Positions 44,818 to 51,759 of a stretch of DNA of 64,000 nucleotides are shown one piece after another. Positions within the stretch are counted from its first letter, which is position 1. Every line of letters starts with the position of its first letter. The stretch is taken from the sequence record NC_019405.1. One strand, 5' to 3'. A program made the translations under genes and the position numbers. The notes beneath the pieces were generated by a model. The model saw only the letters and a program-made list of their open reading frames with translations. It was not told the DNA's origin and did no database searches.

Positions 44818-45246
44818 ATGATGGCTTCCGCCCCATTCATCCCGATGCTCCTCAAGGTCGGCGCGACCCGCCGGCGCTTGGCCGCCGCGCCCCAGCGGGT
44901 GCGCGACAAGGTCAACGCCCAGGCGGAGTTCTACACCGACGCCAAGGAGAAGGCCCGCCGGCGCCGGGCGTTCGTCCTGACGGCCCTGCTCGACGAGTTC
45001 CTGCACGGCACGGTGGTGTTCGAGCGCAACGCCCACGGGACCTACGACGCCCATTTCATTGGCACCTCGGCGCAGTTCCAGGCCCTGGATCGGCCGAGCG
45101 CCCATCTCCTGTTGGACGCGCGCTGGTCGCTCAAGACTCTGCGCTACCCCTTGTCGGTGGGCGATCTGGTGGTCGACGCCATGGACGAGAACAGGACGCC
45201 GCTGCGGCTGATCCAGCCCCCGATCCTTCCGGAGGACGCGGCGTGA
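44818..45246 (+). CDS. hypothetical protein, 142 aa
   Basis: GGAGG SD. Confidence 0.7.
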   Translation: MMASAPFIPMLLKVGATRRRLAAAPQRVRDKVNAQAEFYTDAKEKARRRRAFVLTALLDEFLHGTVVFERNAHGTYDAHFIGTSAQFQALDRPSAHLLLDARWSLKTLRYPLSVGDLVVDAMDENRTPLRLIQPPILPEDAA

Positions 45247-45599
45247 AGCGCCAGACCCAGATGGACCTCAACGGGATCACCCGCGCCGAGGCCGCCTGTG
45301 TCGCGGCCCTGATCCACGGCACGCGGCTGAAGTTCGTCGACCGCGCGCCCGACGGCTATTATCGGGTCGTGGCCATGGTGACGCGCGACCTGACGCACCA
45401 GAAGCCCGACGGGCGGGTGCGGCTGAAATGCTACGAGCGCAAGTTCTCCCGCCCGACCATCGACAAGCTGGTGGCGCGCCGGGCGCTCCAGGTCGTCCAG
45501 ATGGACGAGCACGGCCGCGTCCAGATCGCCGCCTCGGCCGAGATGGTTCACGCCTGCATGGCGCTGCACGGGATCAGGCTGAAGAGACCGGGCGGATGA
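45243..45599 (+). CDS. hypothetical protein, 118 aa (repeated-family motif)
   Basis: KFSRPTIDKLVARRALQVVQMDEHG. Confidence 0.7.
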   Translation: MKRQTQMDLNGITRAEAACVAALIHGTRLKFVDRAPDGYYRVVAMVTRDLTHQKPDGRVRLKCYERKFSRPTIDKLVARRALQVVQMDEHGRVQIAASAEMVHACMALHGIRLKRPGG

Positions 45600-45925
45600 A
45601 GACGCGCCGCGTCACCCGGCGACAGGCCGAGGCCAGGGCCGCCTATCGCGTCGCCGACGCGGTCGGCTATCTGGGGCCGCACCGGCTCCTGGTCGAGAAG
45701 GTTCACGGCGGCTGGGTGCTGGTCGACCGCCTGGAGGGCTCCTACGCCCGCCGCGAGCCGCAGGACTTCATGACCGTCACGACCGAGGACCTTTCGGAGG
45801 CCACGCGCTGGACCTGGAGGGCGATCGCCGAGGCCTGCGCCCAGTGCCGCCTTTCACTCCAGGCCATCGCCTGGGATCACCTGCTGCGCCCGGTCCAGTA
45901 CACCCTCAACAAGGAGCCCCTGTGA
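45596..45925 (+). CDS. hypothetical protein, 109 aa
   Basis: start moved to ATG 45596. Confidence 0.65.
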   Translation: MKTRRVTRRQAEARAAYRVADAVGYLGPHRLLVEKVHGGWVLVDRLEGSYARREPQDFMTVTTEDLSEATRWTWRAIAEACAQCRLSLQAIAWDHLLRPVQYTLNKEPL

Positions 45926-46254
45926 GCGCCGCCTTCCGCGTCAAGCGCATCCTCGACTACATCGAGGGCCTGCGCGCCACGGGCGATGGTCGCCCCGCGA
46001 CGATCCACGTCGACCACATCCGGGGCGACGTCTACCGCCTGCGGGTGATCGAGGCCAACGGCGAGACGTCCTATGGCTTCTACTCGCCGCGCCACTATTC
46101 GGCCGACCTCATCCCCGCCGCGCGCGGCGTCTTCTCGCGCTTCCGCCTGGGCTCGATCCGCGACGGCGTCATGCTCTGGCGCGACGACGCGGACCTGGAG
46201 ATGATCTCCTGCGACCACCGCCAGCGGCCGATCGACTTCGTCGTCCGGTCCTGA
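45922..46254 (+). CDS. hypothetical protein, 110 aa
   Basis: AAGGAG SD, GTG 45922. Confidence 0.7.
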   Translation: MSAAFRVKRILDYIEGLRATGDGRPATIHVDHIRGDVYRLRVIEANGETSYGFYSPRHYSADLIPAARGVFSRFRLGSIRDGVMLWRDDADLEMISCDHRQRPIDFVVRS

Positions 46255-46265
46255 GAGGCCCCAAG

Positions 46266-46607
46266 ATGCAGACCAACGCCAAGACCCGCGCGCTCCTGAT
46301 GGACCTCTTCGCGACCACCGAGCACGCCTGGAAGGCCATTCCCTCCTCGCACTCGGCCAAGCGCGCCTTCCACCTGCGGCTGCTCGACGACCACACCGCC
46401 TTCCTGTTCAAGAACCCCGACGGCCTGTGGTCGCTCCAGCGCCAGGGCCACGCCCCGCGCGCCCTGTTCCACGCCTTCGACATCGGGATGGCGATGCTCG
46501 AACACGCCGGCCGCGCCCAGGTGATCGACCACCTCGCCACCTGGGGCGGAAGCCTCACCTTCATCCCGCACGGCTATGTCGCGAACCGTGACCGTCATGA
46601 CGCTTGA
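46266..46607 (+). CDS. hypothetical protein, 113 aa
   Basis: GAGG SD. Confidence 0.7.
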   Translation: MQTNAKTRALLMDLFATTEHAWKAIPSSHSAKRAFHLRLLDDHTAFLFKNPDGLWSLQRQGHAPRALFHAFDIGMAMLEHAGRAQVIDHLATWGGSLTFIPHGYVANRDRHDA

Positions 46608-46632
46608 CACGCCCGCAGGGCCGCGCTAACCA
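46604..46632 (+). promoter_or_regulatory. sigma70-type promoter
   Basis: TTGACA-17-TAACCA ahead of a ~145-nt structured leader. Confidence 0.6.
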
Positions 46633-46784
46633 TTTTCCTTAACGCAACCCATACGAAAATCCTGGTCCAGGGCGCCGCTGAACAGGCTCCCCGGCCGCGC
46701 GAAGCCCCGGACCCCAAAAGGGTGTCGCCCGAGGGCGCCGTAGGCGGACGCCAAATTTTTTCGTAAGAATGAGGAAATACATCC

Positions 46785-47906
46785 ATGCCCCGTGGTCCGC
46801 TGGTCGAGAAGTACGTCAAGGGCAAGCTCTACAGCCAACGCCAGTTCCGCCGCCTGATCATCGACACCCTGCGGGCCATCCTCGATCTGCCCGGCTACGA
46901 GAAGGGAGCCCGCGCCCGCGACATCGCCGACAAGTTCGGCGACCCGACCTGGATCGAGGCCGAGAACCTGCGGCTGATCGCCGTCACCCTGAACAACCTC
47001 AAGACCCAGGGGCTGGTCAAGCAGGTCGAGCGCGGGCTCTACAAGGTCAACGAGGCCAAGGTCGATCTGGGCCTGGACCAGATGGAGCAGACCGAGCAGA
47101 CCATCGCCGAGGTCCTGCGAGCCGAGGGGGGCTACGCCAAGCGCCGGGTGATCGACCGCGAGCACGACGCCGACAGCCAGTCGACCGCCTCCAACCAGGG
47201 CGACATCCAGCGCACCCTCACCCGCGTGCTGATGAACAGCCAGCGAATCCAGAAGGCCTACGGGGGCATGGTCTACGCCTTCTACAATCTCCCCCAGGCC
47301 GAATTGTCCCTGCTGCCCCAGATGGGGAAGTGGCTGCACCTCCAGTCGGCCGCCGCCACCCGCATGCTGACCGGCCAGCCCTCCCACGAGGTCTACAATC
47401 TGATCGAGAAGGCCACCCGCCTCCAGTACCGCCACATCGGGGCGGTCTTCAAGTTCGTGATCGACCACATCGACGAGGACTTCGCCGACGCCGCGCGCGG
47501 CTTTGAACCCCTGCACGAGGCGATGGCCGAATTCAACGACGCCTTCTCGGACGTCAACGCCGGCGCCCGGAACAAGATCGAAGACCGGTTCGGCCCCGAA
47601 GGCGAAGACCACCGCCAAATGCGCGAGGCCGGCAAGACCTACACCGAGATCGACGACGCGCGCGAAGCGGCCTTGCGCGCCTACGACGCCGAAGCCCCGC
47701 TGCGGCTGATCGACCTCTTCTGCGAAGGAAACCCCCAGGCCCACGAGCGCGCCCCGCTCTCCTTCTACGAGGCGTTCGCCGACTGGGCGATGCTCGACGC
47801 GGCCCAACTCAGCCGGGGCATCCTCGTCGCCGACTTCACCCGCGCCAAGCGGATCAAGAAGCTCGACGACCGGGAAGATGGCCCGCTGCCCGGCTATGAG
47901 GGCTGA
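46785..47906 (+). CDS. 373-aa protein with N-terminal winged-helix-like domain
   Basis: ARARDIADKF...IAVTLNNLKTQGLVKQVERGLYKV; TGAGGA SD. Confidence 0.7.
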   Translation: MPRGPLVEKYVKGKLYSQRQFRRLIIDTLRAILDLPGYEKGARARDIADKFGDPTWIEAENLRLIAVTLNNLKTQGLVKQVERGLYKVNEAKVDLGLDQMEQTEQTIAEVLRAEGGYAKRRVIDREHDADSQSTASNQGDIQRTLTRVLMNSQRIQKAYGGMVYAFYNLPQAELSLLPQMGKWLHLQSAAATRMLTGQPSHEVYNLIEKATRLQYRHIGAVFKFVIDHIDEDFADAARGFEPLHEAMAEFNDAFSDVNAGARNKIEDRFGPEGEDHRQMREAGKTYTEIDDAREAALRAYDAEAPLRLIDLFCEGNPQAHERAPLSFYEAFADWAMLDAAQLSRGILVADFTRAKRIKKLDDREDGPLPGYEG

Positions 47907-47939
47907 TCGGCTGGAGGCCCAAAAGGGCTGGCCGCTCTG

Positions 47940-48215
47940 GGTTTGTCAACCAAAGCCCTACTCCTCTATGGTCTAAAAAGGTACACATATTAAATACATT
48001 CTTAGTTTACTCTGTATATGTAAACCTCTCCCTATACTCTCTATAGCTCCTAAAAGGTAACCATATTTAATACATAGTTAGTAATATGTGTGTCTTTCTA
48101 CTCCTTTACTACCCATTTATTTATTATAGTTACTTTTTCTCCTATAGTGTAGGGTAGAGAAGAGAAAGAAGGATGAAAAGTGGACTATCTACTAAATGAA
48201 TAGATAATAATCCCT
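47940..48215. other. AT-rich non-coding island (candidate origin/unwinding element)
   Basis: 64 G+C in 210 nt (about 30%) hand-counted over 48001-48210; imperfect direct repeats at 47973-47999 and 48050-48075. Confidence 0.7.
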
Positions 48216-48437
48216 GCCGGGCAGACCTCGAAATTGGCGTCGAGCAAATCCCGAGCAAATCCTGGTCGCCCCGCCTGAGGGGATCGACACGGTATGCAGG
48301 ACCCGGAGGGAGAGCGGAGCGTGTCCAGGCCGTGTCGGCGGTGGTCCGGGCGAGAAAAGACCCGTCGACCAACACGGCGTCCAGGTCCCGGAGGGCAAGA
48401 GCCCGATAGGGCGGGTTCGGGCCGTGTCGGCGGGGAG

Positions 48438-48466
48438 TTGACAGTCGTCGATCACGACGCTAGACG
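48438..48466 (+). promoter_or_regulatory. sigma70-type promoter for packaging block
   Basis: TTGACA-17-TAGACG; -10 lies inside CACGACG-CTAGA-CGTCGTG inverted repeat. Confidence 0.55.
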
Positions 48467-48549
48467 TCGTGAATCTTGACACAAGCCCGTCTGCATGAGA
48501 GACGTGGTTAACGAGATGGGCTGTTCCCAAGGCCCCTCGGGAGCCGCCC

Positions 48550-49254
48550 ATGCCGACCACCCTCCGCTCGACCTCGCCGTCCGATCCGCGCCCCACCGCC
48601 ATCGATCCCGATGTCCTGGCGCTGGCGATCGGCAAGGTCCTGCCCGACATCCTGGCCTGGGCGAACCTGCGCCAGCCGGGCTTTGGCGAGGCCGATGTCC
48701 GCCACGCGGTGGTCACGGCGCTGCACATCGCTGGCCTGGACGCCTTCCGCCTCGGCGTGGTCCTGGCCTCGCAGTTCAACTGGTCGGTCGACTACAGCCT
48801 CGTGCGCCTGCTCGATAGCGTCATCGAGGCCCTGCCGACCGCCTACCGGGCGGTGACCGGCCGTTGGGTCGCCCGCACCGGCATCCGCTTTCCGGCCAAG
48901 GAAGGCGACACCATCGAGTTCGCCGCCGCCAACGGCGCGCGGCGGGTCGGCAAGGTGGTGGGCGTCTCGGCCCTGACCGCCACGGCCTATGTCCAGCCCG
49001 CCGTCGGCACCGAATTCACCGATCCGCCGATCGAGATCGCCGCCGAGGCGGTGATCGCCAACGTCAGCCAGAAGCGCTACCAGCCCGAGCACCCGATCCT
49101 GGGCGCACGCTACGAGGACGCCCCGGCGCTCGGCGCTCAAGCCGAGGCCGAACGCGTCCGCCGCACTGACGCGGCGGCTTCGCCGAGGACGCCGGCGCCC
49201 CACCCGCACCTGACCGACTTCCGCCCGGACCCTGACGGGCCGGCCATCGCCTGA
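48550..49254 (+). CDS. hypothetical phage protein, 234 aa
   Basis: GGGAG SD; normal codon bias. Confidence 0.75.
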   Translation: MPTTLRSTSPSDPRPTAIDPDVLALAIGKVLPDILAWANLRQPGFGEADVRHAVVTALHIAGLDAFRLGVVLASQFNWSVDYSLVRLLDSVIEALPTAYRAVTGRWVARTGIRFPAKEGDTIEFAAANGARRVGKVVGVSALTATAYVQPAVGTEFTDPPIEIAAEAVIANVSQKRYQPEHPILGARYEDAPALGAQAEAERVRRTDAAASPRTPAPHPHLTDFRPDPDGPAIA

Positions 49255-49263
49255 GACCCTTCC

Positions 49264-49437
49264 ATGAGCCTTTCCTTCAACGACGATCCCGAGCAATGCG
49301 TGCGTGACGCGCTGGACCTCGACCTGGACGAGGTGGCGGTGGTCTGCCGCGACGCCTCGGGCGAGGTCTATGTCCTGGCCTCCACCAAGGGCCGGCGCCT
49401 GGAGCGCCTGCTCGCCGACGGGGTGGACCTGACGTGA
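49264..49437 (+). CDS. small hypothetical protein, 57 aa (absent from ORF track)
   Basis: MSLSFNDDPEQCVRDALD...; TGA overlaps the GTG of the resolvase. Confidence 0.6.
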   Translation: MSLSFNDDPEQCVRDALDLDLDEVAVVCRDASGEVYVLASTKGRRLERLLADGVDLT

Positions 49438-49949
49438 AGATCATCGGCGTCGATCCGGGCATCGCCGGCGGCGTCGTGCTGCTGGACACCAAGGCCTGCA
49501 CCCTGGCGGTTCACGACATGCCGACCGAGCCCTCGACCAAGGGCCGGCGGCTGGCGTCCTCGGCCCTCTTGACCGTCTTCCTGCACGACGTCGCCCCCGA
49601 TCACATCTTCCTCGAAGAGGTCGGGGTCCGGCCCGGCGAGGGCGCGGTCGGGGCCTTTTCGTTCGGGCGCGGCATGGGACGTCTGGAGGGCGTGGCGGCC
49701 GGCACCCGCACCCCGCTGACCATGGTCACGCCCCAGGAATGGAAGCGCGTCACCAAGACCCCGGCCGACAAGAAGCGCGCCATCGCCCGCGCCTACCAAC
49801 TCTTCCCCCGCTGCGTGAAGCTCTTCCAGGGGCCGCGCGGCGGTGAAAAGGACGGGCGCGCCGAAGCCGCCCTGATCGCCTTCTACGGGGCGATGAAGCT
49901 CGGCGCCGTTCCCTCCTCTCCCATCGACCCGGCGGAGTTTCCGGCTTGA
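49434..49949 (+). CDS. ruvC: RuvC-like Holliday junction resolvase
   Basis: IIGVDPG, IFLEEV, AFSFGRG.G, VTPQEWK, DGRAEAALIA. Confidence 0.88.
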   Translation: MKIIGVDPGIAGGVVLLDTKACTLAVHDMPTEPSTKGRRLASSALLTVFLHDVAPDHIFLEEVGVRPGEGAVGAFSFGRGMGRLEGVAAGTRTPLTMVTPQEWKRVTKTPADKKRAIARAYQLFPRCVKLFQGPRGGEKDGRAEAALIAFYGAMKLGAVPSSPIDPAEFPA

Positions 49950-50581
49950 CCCAGCCCCAGTACCTGACGCGCCAAGCGCTTTTCCGCCGCCGCCAGCGCG
50001 GCGACATTTGGCCCGTCCATGACGAGATGGACTACGCCGCCAGCGCCTCCACCGTCATCGACGATCCGCGCGAGCCCAATATCGTTCCGACCGGGGTGCT
50101 CGACGCGGCCGGCGAGATGCTGCTGAAGGTCCACATGCCGATCAAGGTCCCGCTGGGCTTCGCCATCCCGCCGGTCGACCGCGACGACGCCGACGAGGTG
50201 GTCTCCTACGTCCCCGAGAGCCAGTTGATCGTCTCCGACATCGGCCTGGGTCGCGGCTATGTCACCCCCGAGGAAGCCGACGCTGGCGAGATCGACGGCC
50301 ATGAGGCCCACGAGGAACACCCCGGTCAGGCCTCGATCCGCATCCCCGCCACCAAGGCGGTGATCGCCGCCCACGGGGCCATGGGCGAGGCGGCCGAACG
50401 GGTCGCCGATCAGGTCACCGCCCTGCATGTCGATCTCACCCCCGAGGGGATCATCGTGCTGCGCGGCCTGATCGCCGCCCAGGGCGAGGCGCTGATCGCC
50501 TTCCTCCAGGCGGCCCACACCGCGCGGGCCGAGGGTGGCGAAGACGACGAGGACGAGGACGATGGCCCCGAAGAAGCCTGA
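49946..50581 (+). CDS. hypothetical acidic protein, 211 aa
   Basis: GGAG SD, TTG start. Confidence 0.7.
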   Translation: MTQPQYLTRQALFRRRQRGDIWPVHDEMDYAASASTVIDDPREPNIVPTGVLDAAGEMLLKVHMPIKVPLGFAIPPVDRDDADEVVSYVPESQLIVSDIGLGRGYVTPEEADAGEIDGHEAHEEHPGQASIRIPATKAVIAAHGAMGEAAERVADQVTALHVDLTPEGIIVLRGLIAAQGEALIAFLQAAHTARAEGGEDDEDEDDGPEEA

Positions 50582-50867
50582 CCTCTCGACCCGGTCGGGC
50601 GCGGCCCGCCATAGCGCCGAGCGCGACAGAGCCCTCGATGCGGCGGTCTGCGCCTTCCACGAGGCGGTGCGGATGTACACGGGCCTGACCGCCCAGGCCA
50701 ACCTCAACAAGGTCCGCCCGGCCATCGTCGAGGAGTACCGCTTTGGGGCGCTCGCCGCCTTCGAAGCCCTGCTCGACAACATGAAGACCGCCTCCGACGC
50801 CCTGGTGATCCTCAACGCCGTGCGCGGGGCCTCCCCGCCCGACAAGCCCAAACGCACCGAGCTTTAA
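50562..50867 (+). CDS. hypothetical protein, 101 aa
   Basis: GAGGA SD, ATG 50562. Confidence 0.65.
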   Translation: MAPKKPDLSTRSGAARHSAERDRALDAAVCAFHEAVRMYTGLTAQANLNKVRPAIVEEYRFGALAAFEALLDNMKTASDALVILNAVRGASPPDKPKRTEL

Positions 50868-50871
50868 GACC

Positions 50872-51747
50872 ATGCCGCGCCTTGCCAACGACCGCCACGA
50901 GCTATACGCCCTGATGCGGGCCAAGGGCATGAAGCCCCAGGCCGCCGCCCAGGCCGCCGGCTTCGTGGCCGGCTCGTCGATCTACGCCGAACTGGAGAAG
51001 GACCCCGAGGTCCAGGCGCGCGCCCAGGAACTGCTCGACGAGAACAACCTCAAGCGCGAGCAGATGCGCACCGCCGCCACCGAGGCGGCCAAGGTCGTCG
51101 GTCAGGTCTCGGGCCTGTCCAAGGCCTGGGTGCTCCAGAAGCTGGCCGAGAACGCCCAGATGGCGGCCCAGGACGGCGACTACAAGGAGAGCAACGCCGC
51201 CCTCAAGCTGATCGGCGACGAGTTTGGCATGTTCAGCGGCGCCTCCTCGGAAGGCACCGAGGGCCAGAACGGCGAGCGCACTTACGACCTCGACGCGATG
51301 AGCGCCCTGCTGGTCAAGGGAACCGCCACGATCCCGGTCGCGCCGCCTAAGGTCGATCCGTCCGCCGCCTTCGACCTGATCGCCGGCAACGGGGCCGCCG
51401 CCCGCCGCGCCCGCGAGAGCCGGGCCTTCTCCGACGGCGAGGAAAGCGACGCGGTGTTCTCCGAGGACGCCGATATCGACGCGGTCATGGACGGGTCCTG
51501 GAGCGGCCCCAGCCCCGACGACTACATGGAGGCCGAAAATTCGCGTCAGGAGGCCCCTGAAAGCCCCGACCGACCCGAGCCCCCGACCGACCCCGTTCCG
51601 GCCGCTGGCGAGCCCTCCGAGCCCGAAGGGACCTGGGAGCAGATCGATCCCAAGACCTCCCCCGAAGCGATCATGGCGCGCATCCAAGCCGCCGGCCAAT
51701 CCCCGACTTCCAGCGATGACCGGCCCAAGCGCCGCTCCTCGCGCTGA
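50872..51747 (+). CDS. terS: terminase small subunit
   Basis: directly upstream of terL; HTH-like N-terminus; WVLQKL...A...AALKLIG...GMF oligomerisation-type motif; acidic disordered tail. Confidence 0.75.
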   Translation: MPRLANDRHELYALMRAKGMKPQAAAQAAGFVAGSSIYAELEKDPEVQARAQELLDENNLKREQMRTAATEAAKVVGQVSGLSKAWVLQKLAENAQMAAQDGDYKESNAALKLIGDEFGMFSGASSEGTEGQNGERTYDLDAMSALLVKGTATIPVAPPKVDPSAAFDLIAGNGAAARRARESRAFSDGEESDAVFSEDADIDAVMDGSWSGPSPDDYMEAENSRQEAPESPDRPEPPTDPVPAAGEPSEPEGTWEQIDPKTSPEAIMARIQAAGQSPTSSDDRPKRRSSR

Positions 51748-51759
51748 CCCTAGAACGCC

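Noticed and set aside
46633-46780. tRNA or known riboswitch in the structured leader
   Set aside because: No TTCRA T-loop, D-loop or acceptor stem, and no aptamer consensus I can recognise
48142-48375. 77-aa ORF over the AT-rich island
   Set aside because: Composition-driven ORF with alien codon usage and no SD
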